64,000 nucleotides of DNA from Candidatus Poribacteria bacterium (lineage in GTDB: Bacteria; Poribacteria; WGA-4E; UBA9662). The notes beneath the pieces were generated by a model. It did not search any database, had not been told where the DNA came from, and was given only the letters and a program-made list of their open reading frames with translations. Where the stretch lies: the NCBI GenBank assembly GCA_046582655.1, contig JAYGDX010000198.1, positions 9,624-73,623 of the forward strand, written 5' to 3'. This document shows, one piece after another, positions 1 through 9,118 of the stretch. Within the stretch, counting starts at the first letter, position 1. Each line of letters begins with the position of its first letter. The translations under genes were made by a program, and so were the position numbers.

Positions 1-435
1 AAATCCCCAAGACGGGAGATTGGTATTTATGGATTCGAATCTTTTGTCCTGATTCAAGCAAGGATTCATATTGGGTTGGAAAAAGCAGCCCCAAGCCCTG
101 CTGAAGACGCATTAGGCGAGCCAGCAGTAAGGATATACTCAGCCGCAGGAGATTCTGCCAATATGGCTGGACATCCTTTGAACATCTGGTTTTGGGATTC
201 CAATAAGGCTCACACTGATCCACATAGCTTCTTTTAGGTTAAGAAAACAGGAAAACATGTGTTCTGGTCCAAGGGCCGGGAAGCCGGCACTTTACTGGAT
301 CAGCTCTTGCTAATAACAATGGATGACAAATTTAATCCGGAAGAGGCGTCCAAAGGAGATTGGATTGAAATTCCCAAGGCTGTCCATCCAAATGTTAAAC
401 TTGCCCTCACCTGGGGAGCAATTAAGAGTTTCTAG
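1..435 (+). pseudogene. 5'-truncated, disrupted gene for a protein with the C-terminal AVxPxxKLxxxWGxIK tail
   Basis: Manual translation: frame 3 IPKTGDWYLWIRIFCPDSSKDSYWVG, apparent frameshift near 78, then frame 1 with in-frame TAG at 235-237, ending ...KAVHPNVKLALTWGAIKSF* at 435. Confidence 0.7.
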
Positions 436-465
436 TATTGGGGTTTCCTGCAGCCTTGATTTGTG

Positions 466-1278
466 CTACTGGCGACCTATCCCATGGTTGAAGTCAAAGA
501 CCGGTTTCGCTCCAGACGCTTCCATGACCTTGAAGTCCCGTGGGGATTCCTCCCAAGCGGATTGATACTCGAAGCCCCACAACCGACGAAGCAGAGGTGA
601 AGCAGACTCAATGAGATCCCGAGGAATTGACCGGGTGTGATCACAAAATGGCTTAATGTACTTACGGCAGCAGAACCCTTGAATGGAATAACGGATCTCA
701 TCGATGGTATTGGGCCCACCACCGTGGATAAGCCGATTATCGTAGATAAGCACTGTACCAGGCGAGCAGATAAAGAGACGTTCCTCCCCGGGGCGGACGG
801 CTCCTAGGTCAATATCCCTGATGTGCGATCCAGGCACAAAACGCGTGGCACCGTTGTCAGGAGTGAACTCGGACAGCGCGAACATCGACTGAGCGGCGAG
901 GGGTAAAATAGCATGCACGTTGTATGGGGGATTGGGAATAAATATCCCTCCATCCCTATGAAGCCCCTGAGAAGAAACGCCCCGCATCGGCGAACGCCCC
1001 CCCATATCAGAAAGTATATAATCGGATCCTAGAAGGTATTCCATACACGCTACGAGCCTAGGCAGTTGAATGATCTGCCGAAATATCTCCGCACGGCTTG
1101 TAAGGTTAAAAGTCCTCTTCGTATTGGGTTCGTGAAGAGAAACCACGTCCTTCTCACACTCATAAATCTCTTCAAGGGCCAAAATAGCTTCCTCAACCTG
1201 CTTGGAGGTAAGGAAATCTTCTAATATCGTATAGCCTAATTCGTCAAGTTCGCGAAAGTGCCTTTCCATATCTTCCAT
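466..1278 (-). CDS. Phytanoyl-CoA dioxygenase (PhyH) family Fe(II)/2OG oxygenase
   Basis: LHRD iron motif, FTPDNGATRFVPGSH, distal H in LIHGGGPN; GGAGG RBS upstream. Confidence 0.9.
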   Translation of the reverse strand: MEDMERHFRELDELGYTILEDFLTSKQVEEAILALEEIYECEKDVVSLHEPNTKRTFNLTSRAEIFRQIIQLPRLVACMEYLLGSDYILSDMGGRSPMRGVSSQGLHRDGGIFIPNPPYNVHAILPLAAQSMFALSEFTPDNGATRFVPGSHIRDIDLGAVRPGEERLFICSPGTVLIYDNRLIHGGGPNTIDEIRYSIQGFCCRKYIKPFCDHTRSIPRDLIESASPLLRRLWGFEYQSAWEESPRDFKVMEASGAKPVFDFNHGIGRQ

Positions 1279-1453
1279 GCCAACCGCCTCCTACTAGAAA
1301 TACCAGTCATTATTTCGACCTCCCAACTCTTCTTAGCTTAAAGAGGTATTGCATATCCAATTGCGATTGCTTCATAGCTGAACTCCATGTCTAACAGTAA
1401 GTATTAACCAAAAGTTAATCAGCATACCATAAGGAATTCGGATTTACTTCAGC

Positions 1454-1482
1454 CTTGTACTTAATTTTTAACTTAATACAAC
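1454..1482. repeat. ~30-bp dyad site, copy 1
   Basis: CTTGTACTTAA-TTTTTAAC-TTAATACAAC (right arm 1 nt short). Confidence 0.75.
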
Positions 1483-1856
1483 TTGACTGGGTAATCTCTC
1501 GTACTGCCCATTTTTTTAAGGTACAGATAGATTTTATCGGCTCATCAATCCACTAACTTGCCTTGTTTCTTGTAAGCGTCTCCCCGTATTATATACCCAC
1601 CAAGTTGACCACGTTGAGTGTAGCCAGGATAAGCAGACTTGTTAGATTGTTGTTCTAACTCCTCCAACATCTGAGTATGCACGCGTTCTTGTTTTTTCCT
1701 GCCAACATATTATGCACGGCTCCTTGGACGAGGTGGCTATTTTGAGCGAGGACCTAATGGTGAAGCAAATTCAACTAATTATGACACAAGGCTTAGCTTC
1801 AGCATTAGCCATAGAGCCTAGAGATAAGCTCTCGACTAACGGGGAAACGATTAAGG

Positions 1857-1970
1857 CTAATCACCGTTGATGGTTCCAACAAAATCGTCGACCATTAACT
1901 CTTTCATACCTTCCACGTCTCCTGCAGCAAACTTTGAATACACACTATCTACTACTTCTTCAACTGTCAC
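1857..1970 (-). pseudogene. Truncated NTF2/SnoaL-like gene fragment
   Basis: GGAG RBS then GTG; MTVEEVVDSVYSKFAAGDVEGMKELMVDDFVGTINGD* resembles an NTF2-like N-terminus. Confidence 0.45.
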
Positions 1971-2086
1971 TTTTCACTCCTGTTAAAACTATAATTTACA
2001 ATAAAAAAAGACTTGCTGTCATTTCATCTGCAGAAGAGAGTATGCTTGTTCCTGTGCAAGATCTTCAAACTATTCACAATCGAGCA

Positions 2087-2116
2087 GTTGCATTTAAGTT
2101 ATAATTTAAATACAGG
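2087..2116. repeat. ~30-bp dyad site, copy 2
   Basis: GTTGCATTTAA-GTTATAAT-TTAAATACAGG. Confidence 0.8.
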
Positions 2117-2341
2117 TTTTTTTAGGTGAAGTATGAGTACAGAATACTATAGGAATTCAGGCATTTGTTTCTGTTGGCAAATAGATCTTATAAAAATTTC
2201 TTGGTAAACTCAACCTTCCTTCTGATATCCTTAATAAGGCAGTTGATTTATTTTAGTAGTAAATGAGCATAATGCTTTAGAAAGTGCCAGCTTAGTAAAT
2301 CTAAGCCTGGCTATTTAATTAATAAGGAAAAAGTAGAAGTT

Positions 2342-2548
2342 ATGGAAACAAAAACAGGTAGTGTTAAATGGTTTAATGATGCCAAAGGCTTCGGGTTTAT
2401 CACTACTGATGACAATGAAGATGTCTTTATTCATCATTCTGAAATTCAAGGTGAAGGATTCAAATCACTTGAAGAAGACCAGAGAGTCGAGTTTACAGTT
2501 GAAGAAACAGCTAAAGGTCTTCAAGCCAAAGGCTTGGTAAAACTCTAG
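2342..2548 (+). CDS. cspA: Cold-shock protein
   Basis: [15 protein letters not shown] (RNP1) and VFIHHSEI (RNP2); 68 aa. Confidence 0.95.
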   Translation: METKTGSVKWFNDAKGFGFITTDDNEDVFIHHSEIQGEGFKSLEEDQRVEFTVEETAKGLQAKGLVKL

Positions 2549-2571
2549 CATTTTAAAGAGATTCAAGCACT

Positions 2572-2608
2572 AAAAGCGATCTCGGAAACACAAACCGAGG
2601 TCGCTTTT
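2572..2608 (+). terminator. Intrinsic terminator after cspA
   Basis: AAAAGCGATCTCGG ... CCGAGGTCGCTTTT hairpin followed by T-rich sequence. Confidence 0.8.
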
Positions 2609-2739
2609 GTCTTTTGACCTCTGATTCTTCTTCACTAGACTCATCGAACTCATCACCAGATGATTCTAGCCAATTATGGTTGAAGGTAAACTGGGACTTA
2701 GTGATTAAATGTATGGTCCCATCTCCTTTCGTCTAACTT

Positions 2740-2770
2740 CTTGTCCTTAAGTTTTTAACTTAAATCAAAG
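2740..2770. repeat. ~30-bp dyad site, copy 3
   Basis: CTTGTCCTTAA-GTTTTTAAC-TTAAATCAAAG. Confidence 0.7.
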
Positions 2771-2785
2771 CAGGCAGGAGGGAAT

Positions 2786-3004
2786 ATGACTAATACATCA
2801 TCTGAGGTAATAACCTCTTTGAAAGATAAAATTAGAACATTTAACGAAAGGCAGATTGTCAATCTACTCTTGTTTGTTGGTGTGGTTCTTAATTTGCTGA
2901 TCTGGCTTAGGCCTTTTTCACTTCCCCAAACACCCTTGTGGGAGTTTCTTCTCTACTTTCTAACTATCTTACTTTTTTCTAAGATTGTCAGCATTTTTTA
3001 TTAA
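2786..3004 (+). CDS. Small hypothetical membrane protein
   Basis: AGGAGG RBS; two hydrophobic segments; no family recognised. Confidence 0.5.
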   Translation: MTNTSSEVITSLKDKIRTFNERQIVNLLLFVGVVLNLLIWLRPFSLPQTPLWEFLLYFLTILLFSKIVSIFY

Positions 3005-3642
3005 AGATCGACTAGTAATTATTGTATCCGAATTTCTGTCCGCAGGAATAAAAGCTCGAATGCAGTAACCTACTACTCAATTAGCCATTTCCTACTTTGG
3101 TTTTTTATTGCCCGGTACACCAAAGTTGGCTGGCTGATCAAAATTAAAGTAGGGGATATCTATTTTAATCTTAATGGGCTACAGATCAGGATTGTACATT
3201 AGAAATAGAAGCAAGAACTGAGATCTATATTATTTAACTCATAACCTTATTATTGATCTTAAATTGGAACTTCAATTCGAATCTAGGAATGAAGAAGCTT
3301 TCCCGATTTTAGTTTTTGATACTTGGTTTCTTATAGATACTCATCTTTTCAACAACCCCCCTAGCTCCTTAAGTTTTCTAGTTTCTACTTTTGGTCTCGC
3401 CTTGTTTTTAAAGCCGCTGATATTGTCAATCATACTTGGAGTAGTTATGTTGCTTCTTGTGATAGTGAAGTTTTAATAATGAAGTAATGTCTTGGGGGAA
3501 GTAACAAAATGCCAATATGGTCTAAAGTCGCTGTTAGTATTGGTGGAACTTATGTTGATAGAGGGGTTTGGAATCAAGACGAATTAAGATACAGAGATAG
3601 CAAGTGGGAGTTACTTATTGATACTTAAATCAATGTACTTAA

Positions 3643-4696
3643 ACGCTTGGTGTGAATTAACCTAAATATCAGGCTGAACTAATTGACCTGCCTAATAAGT
3701 CAGCGAAAGCCAGATTCGGTCGAGAAAGACTTCAGTTGAGCCAGATGCAGAAGTTATGCAGCGCAACCTTGGCTGCAATTTGAGTCCGAACGCCAGAAAT
3801 GCAGTGAGGATGTTTTCTATCAAGTCGAAAGGTATTGGCCAGTTTGTGGTTAACTGTCTCAACAATCTGCCGAATGGAAGCGACCCAACGTCTGAGCGAC
3901 TTTGGCCATGGACGCAACGCATTTCTCTTGGATGGACAGATGACAGTAGCACCATACGCTGTTGTCCATCGGTGATGATTTTCTTTTCCCTTGAATCCTT
4001 TATTGATTGGGTAATACAAGCCGAGTTTGGCCGTTCCAATCTCAGGAATTCTGAAGCCAATGATAATACCCTCAGAGGTGGAAGACAGGAGTAATTTCAA
4101 TCCTCTGTACCACCCAAGCCGGTTGCTTTTGCCGATGTTGGCTTCTCCAACCAGCCAACTTTCTCCCCGTCGTTTGGCGTCCCGAACAACAACCGCGGTT
4201 GCATCTAGTGCTTCATAAAGCACATCATCGGTTCCCAGAGTCAATACCAAATGTTGGAAGAAGTCGCAGGCATTACCATGGAGATGCTGAAACTGTGGGT
4301 TCAATTGCGGTCGAGAGGGTAAGTTGGGAAAAAACGGGATCAACTGTTGCTCTGCCAAGCGGTAGAAATCTCCTTCGCTACGGAATCGGCTCCACTGGCT
4401 AAAAATCAAGAGGGTAACGGCTTTGCTGTGGGTCAATTTCCCACTCGGACCTCTTCCAATTCCGATAGGTTGGGTTCTGATGGAGTCAATTGACCAAAAC
4501 ATACAGGGTTGTCAGAAACAGATCTATGGCTACCGTTTATCATCTCCTGCTGATAAGGTTATCCGTTAAAGCTGATTGAGATCTCAATCAACGACTAAGA
4601 TATAGGTGCTATTTCTTCCGAAAGGTTTATTTTCTTCGATAAAGTGGGTTAACTCTATTAATCTATAAGGTTGCTAAAAAAACTCACACCAAGCGT
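3643..4696 (-). mobile_element. IS982-family insertion sequence (degenerate)
   Basis: Terminal IRs ACGCTTGGTGTGA (3643-3655) and TCACACCAAGCGT (4684-4696), each flanked by TTAA; 1054 bp; encloses a transposase-like ORF. Confidence 0.8.
3732..4502 (-). pseudogene. IS982-family transposase, degenerate
   Basis: DATAV...GWYRGLKL and RQIVETVNHKL motifs; N-terminal IDLFLTTLYVLV lies in another frame upstream; expected DKG reads NKG. Confidence 0.75.
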
Positions 4697-4744
4697 TTAA
4701 GTATAAGCACGTTTATATTTTTAAACTTATTAATGGAAAGGTTA

Positions 4745-5640
4745 TCATTCGACGTCAGCCACGCAACGAAACCCATCGTATCGACTCATGTTTTCTGGAG
4801 AATCATAGGTAACGTATCGATTGGCAAAACGAAGATTCTCTTTAGGGCTGATCCAGGAACCTCCACGAAGTACACGGTGCGATTTTATGCCTTTGTAATT
4901 TTTCATTATGTCATCAACGCTAGCATGTCCCGCCACTGGGTTTGATATTGGACTTCGAGTATAGAAATCCTGTTGCCATTCATCCAAAAGCACCATTCCC
5001 AAACATTGCCTGCTATATCATAAATCCCATAGCTGTTAGGATCAAAACTACCAATAGGTGCAGTTTCCTCATCCCATCTATCGCGCCCTCCTGTTCCAAG
5101 ATAGTTAGCGTTATCGTTAGTAATCTCGTTTCCCCATGGATAACGGTTGTTCATCAAACCTCCACGGGCTGAATATTCCCATTCTGCTTTCGTCGGTAGT
5201 CGTTTGCCTGCCCACTTAGTATAAGTTACAGCATCATACCAACTGACGTAAACTATTGGATGGTGATCCGTTGGTGATATCTCAGAAACTTCTGCCCAGT
5301 ATTTTTCCAGTGATTTTTCATAATTAGCAACTGCGGATGGTGTATAATCGGCATCATCAATAAACTTTTTGAATTGTCTGACTGTAACTTCGTGTACATC
5401 AATGTAAAAAGCATCAAGTTTAATAGTATGAATGGGACGGGAATGCTCCATTAAAATATCAGGTTCATTATTGGAATTGCCCATTTCGAAATTACTGGCT
5501 GGTAACAGTATCATTCTAGATCCATCCTTCACCCAAGTTATTTCTCGTGTTGGATATTTTATCTCACTAGGTTCTTCATCATTGCTACATCCAATAAAAA
5601 GCAATCTCATTGCCATCAACACGATGATATTCTTGAGCAT
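4745..5640 (-). pseudogene. Formylglycine-generating-enzyme (SUMF1) domain lipoprotein, frameshifted
   Basis: FEMG, HPIVYVSWYDA, KRLPTKAEWEY and GNVWEWC, then a frame change near 4990 to RVLRGGSW...GFRC; lipobox-like FIGC. Confidence 0.85.
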
Positions 5641-5678
5641 GCTATTTACTGATCTTTCGTTGTAAGTGCTTTATTCAG

Positions 5679-5708
5679 GTTGTATTTCAGTTTTAACTTA
5701 AATGCAAC
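5679..5708. repeat. ~30-bp dyad site, copy 4
   Basis: GTTGTATTTCA-GTTTTAAC-TTAAATGCAAC. Confidence 0.8.
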
Positions 5709-5926
5709 TTTAAGCTGATCAATAGAATCAACTGTTGTGCTTGCTGCTTTATCAATCAATACGTCACTTTCATACAACCTGAATTTACTTCTCATTCTTC
5801 CTTTTCCCACACACAATACATCTTTTTTGTTTTCTTCCGCTTTTAATCTAAAGTTTCTTCCTTAATTTGCCAATATACAATCAATTTGGTTGAGAATTGA
5901 CTTGAACTTAACCTAATTTAAAATGG

Positions 5927-6163
5927 TTATTGATGAAGCATGCAGTCAAAGACACCTTCTTTACACCATCGAGCGAAACGTTTGCAGACGCTGTTACGAT
6001 TGCCACAGGGTTGGAGAAGAAGTCGACGTTGCGAGCCATCGACAAGATGGCTTCAATCAAACGCTGTCAGTCATCAGAGTTTTCGAGGTAAAGTTGGCGA
6101 CGACTAGTGAGAAACTTGTAGAATTTTCGACCATTGATTTTCTAATAATTCTATTCTTGACAT
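5927..6163 (-). mobile_element. IS5-family transposase N-terminal remnant
   Basis: Broken frames give MSRIELLENQWSKIL, RLIEAILSMAR and GNRNSVCKRFARWCKEGVFD, resembling the IS5 N-terminal domain. Confidence 0.65.
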
Positions 6164-6264
6164 TTTGGTGTTGTACCACATTTTTTCTTAACTTTTGTCT
6201 GTCAAAAAATATAGCACAGTGGATTTAGACAGACAAGTGCAGAATTTGCTTCCTGCCGTCTTCC

Positions 6265-6293
6265 TTGACAGTTTGATACCGCGATGCTATGAT
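6265..6293 (+). promoter_or_regulatory. Sigma70-type promoter for the tldD operon
   Basis: TTGACA-17 nt-TATGAT with extended TG. Confidence 0.7.
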
Positions 6294-6322
6294 TGATAAT
6301 CTCTAAAAGGAGAGCTTTATTC

Positions 6323-7762
6323 ATGAACGAGTTGGCTCAAGTGGCAATGGATGCTGCTCATCGGTTAGGAGCAGAATACGCCGATATTCGTATCGCAAAT
6401 TACAAACGTCAATTGCTCAATGCTGAAGATAAACGTGTCAATAATATTACCGACAGCGAAAATGTCGGATTTGGTGTCCGTGTTGTTGCTAAAGGGGCAT
6501 GGGGATTTGCTGGAAGCAGTGAGATTAATCGCGAGGAAATCCAACGAATTACCAAACTGGCAATAGTCATTGCCAATGCGAGCGCGACCACACTCCAGAA
6601 ACCAGTACGTCTGATACCGGAACCTACTCATCAAGAAACATTTACCACACCGTATCAGATTGATCCATTCTCAGTAGGAATTGATCAAAAGATTGGTCTG
6701 CTACTAGAAATCAATCGTTCGCTCTTGAGACACAAAGGAATTCAAAAAGCCGAGGCATTAATGGATCTGCGGAAGGAGGAGCGTTTTTTTGCCAATACTG
6801 AAGGTTCTATCTTACAGAGTTTGGTTTTCACTGCTTCAGCAAGATATCAGGCAACTGCCGTCGGCAAAGGGGATGCCAAAAGTCGTATTTACGCACCTCC
6901 GCCGCGTACCATGGGTTACGAAAACATTGATATTGACGATTTGCTGGCAAACACTGATCGAGTCGCACAACAAGCTATCGAACACCTTCAGGCAGTTGAT
7001 TGTCCTGTAGGTAAGAAGGATCTTATCCTCGATCCACTCAATCTTGCGCTGACAATACACGAATCAGTCGGTCATGCCACGGAACTGGATCGGGTTCTTG
7101 GATATGAAGAGAGTCTAGCTGGTCGGAGTTTTGCCGTTCCTGATCTGTTGAACCGATTAGAGTATGGTTCTCCCATCGTAAATTTTGTGGCGGATAACAC
7201 TCTTGCGAACGGATTAGCTACTCACGGTTTTGATGACGATGGTGTGCTGGGACAAAGATGGAATATTGTTAAGGATGGCTTGTTTGTTGGCTATGGTACC
7301 AGCCGAGAAGTGGCGGGAGAAATCAATCTGGATCGTAGTAATGGCGCTTGCCGTGCTTCCCACTGGAGCGGTATTCCTATCGTACGCATTCCCAACCTGA
7401 GTCTGGAGGCGGGGGAAAAGCAAATATCGCTAGATCAATTAATTAACGACACCAAAGATGGAATCTATATTGAGGGTATGGGAAGTTTTAGTATTGATCA
7501 AATGCGTTGTAACTTCCAATTTGGGGGTGACGCTTTTTGGGAAGTTAAAAACGGTCAAATCACTAGAATGCTGAAAAATGTGACTTACCAATCAATGACA
7601 ACAGAATTTTGGAATGCTTGTGATGCCATTTGTGACCAACGGTTCTGGGTGCCGAACGGTGTCCAGAATTGTGGGAAAGGCGACCCCATGCAGATCTCTC
7701 AAATGACTCATGGTGCTGCTCCCGCCCGCTTTCGGGGAATCAGCGTTGGGTTAACGCAATGA
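6323..7762 (+). CDS. tldD: TldD metalloprotease subunit
   Basis: HESVGH zinc motif, GFGVRV, C-terminal CGKG; ATG at 6323 follows an AGGAG RBS. Confidence 0.9.
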   Translation: MNELAQVAMDAAHRLGAEYADIRIANYKRQLLNAEDKRVNNITDSENVGFGVRVVAKGAWGFAGSSEINREEIQRITKLAIVIANASATTLQKPVRLIPEPTHQETFTTPYQIDPFSVGIDQKIGLLLEINRSLLRHKGIQKAEALMDLRKEERFFANTEGSILQSLVFTASARYQATAVGKGDAKSRIYAPPPRTMGYENIDIDDLLANTDRVAQQAIEHLQAVDCPVGKKDLILDPLNLALTIHESVGHATELDRVLGYEESLAGRSFAVPDLLNRLEYGSPIVNFVADNTLANGLATHGFDDDGVLGQRWNIVKDGLFVGYGTSREVAGEINLDRSNGACRASHWSGIPIVRIPNLSLEAGEKQISLDQLINDTKDGIYIEGMGSFSIDQMRCNFQFGGDAFWEVKNGQITRMLKNVTYQSMTTEFWNACDAICDQRFWVPNGVQNCGKGDPMQISQMTHGAAPARFRGISVGLTQ

Positions 7763-7798
7763 ATTGCTTAAGAACAATCAGGTTATGAGGGAAACATA

Positions 7799-9085
7799 AT
7801 GGAACGTCAACAGGCTGAACATGTTCTATCTCAGACACTTGCTTTTAGGCAATCGGATCATCTTGAATTGTCGCTTCACGGCGGTACTGAAACCAACACC
7901 CGATTTGCCAATAACACCATTACACAAAATACTGTTCAAAGGAACGTAACACTCCATGTCTCAGCCGCTTTCGGTCAAAAAGTTGGACATGCCAGTACCA
8001 ACCGATTAGATTCGGATTCTCTTCAGGAAGTCGTCGGTCGGGCAGAACAGATCGCTACACACACGGAACTGGACACAGAATATTTACCACCTGTTGACCC
8101 TAGCGAATACATAGAGATTCCGGCATACGATGAAATCACAGCTAGGGTATCTCCTCAAATGCGGGCTGAGGCTGTGAAAGATGCTATCGAATTCTGCGAA
8201 CGGCAAAAATTACAACTCGCTGGGCATTTTGCCACCGGGTATCAGTTCGATGCTATTGCCAATTCTCAGGGAATGATCGGGTTCCATCGCCGCAGTACTG
8301 CCAATTATACCAATACTGTCATAACCTCCAGTAGTTCAGGCTGGGCGGAATCGGTGGGTGAAACCTTGGATCAGATTGACCCTAAGGAAACCGTTGAAAT
8401 CGCTTGTCAGAAAGCATTAACTGGTCAGTTGCCTAAGGAGATTCCACCCGGAAAATATACGGTGGTTATGGCACCTTCGGCTGTTGCTGGACTGTTAAGC
8501 TATCTCTTTTATAGCATGGATGCCAAGGCCGCTGATGAAGGTCGAAGTGCCTTTTCTGAACGGGAAGGCAGGAAAATTGGTACTGATCAGGTACAAATCT
8601 ACAGTCAACCTCAGCACCCGGCATGTCCTGCGTCACCTTTTTTCAATAACGGTATTCCGACCGCAGACGTCTATTGGATTCGACAGGGTATTCTGGAAAA
8701 CCTTGCTTACAGTCGTTACTGGGCGCAACATACTGGTCATGCTTACACTGGTTCTCCAACAAATTTTATCATGGACGGAACAGATGTCTCTCTGAATGCA
8801 TTGATCGCATCAGTTGATCAAGGGTTGCTTATCACTCGGTTTTGGTATATCCGATTTGTTGATCCAATGAAGTTGCTACTCACCGGGATGACTCGCGATG
8901 GGCTTTTCTGGATTAAAAATGGTGCTATCCAGTATGGCGTCAAGAATCTGCGATTCAACGAGAGTCCACTCAACGTAATAAACAATATAGAGATGTTTGG
9001 AAAATCCAAACGTGTCCACGGTTCTTCCTATGTTCCCTCCCTTAAAGTCAGGGATTTTACCTTCACCAGCGGAACAAGTTTTTAA
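7799..9085 (+). CDS. TldE/PmbA family partner subunit
   Basis: Directly follows tldD; RFANNTITQN and TGMTRDG...NLRFNES motifs; lacks HExxxH. Confidence 0.85.
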   Translation: MERQQAEHVLSQTLAFRQSDHLELSLHGGTETNTRFANNTITQNTVQRNVTLHVSAAFGQKVGHASTNRLDSDSLQEVVGRAEQIATHTELDTEYLPPVDPSEYIEIPAYDEITARVSPQMRAEAVKDAIEFCERQKLQLAGHFATGYQFDAIANSQGMIGFHRRSTANYTNTVITSSSSGWAESVGETLDQIDPKETVEIACQKALTGQLPKEIPPGKYTVVMAPSAVAGLLSYLFYSMDAKAADEGRSAFSEREGRKIGTDQVQIYSQPQHPACPASPFFNNGIPTADVYWIRQGILENLAYSRYWAQHTGHAYTGSPTNFIMDGTDVSLNALIASVDQGLLITRFWYIRFVDPMKLLLTGMTRDGLFWIKNGAIQYGVKNLRFNESPLNVINNIEMFGKSKRVHGSSYVPSLKVRDFTFTSGTSF

Positions 9086-9118
9086 TCTTAATTTATTTTC
9101 ATGTTGAGAAAATAGGTA

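Noticed and set aside
1545..1670. Short minus-strand ORF with TPR-like YIIRGDAYKKQG
   Set aside because: Too short and isolated to support a call.
3264..3476. 70-aa hydrophobic ORF, and a 39-aa ORF at about 3509-3628
   Set aside because: The first has a TTG start and no clear RBS; neither shows recognisable homology, and both may be debris.
5923..6228. 101-aa plus-strand ORF
   Set aside because: Antisense shadow of the IS5 remnant.
6323..9085. TldD/E as part of a RiPP biosynthetic cluster
   Set aside because: No precursor peptide, YcaO or other modification enzyme nearby.
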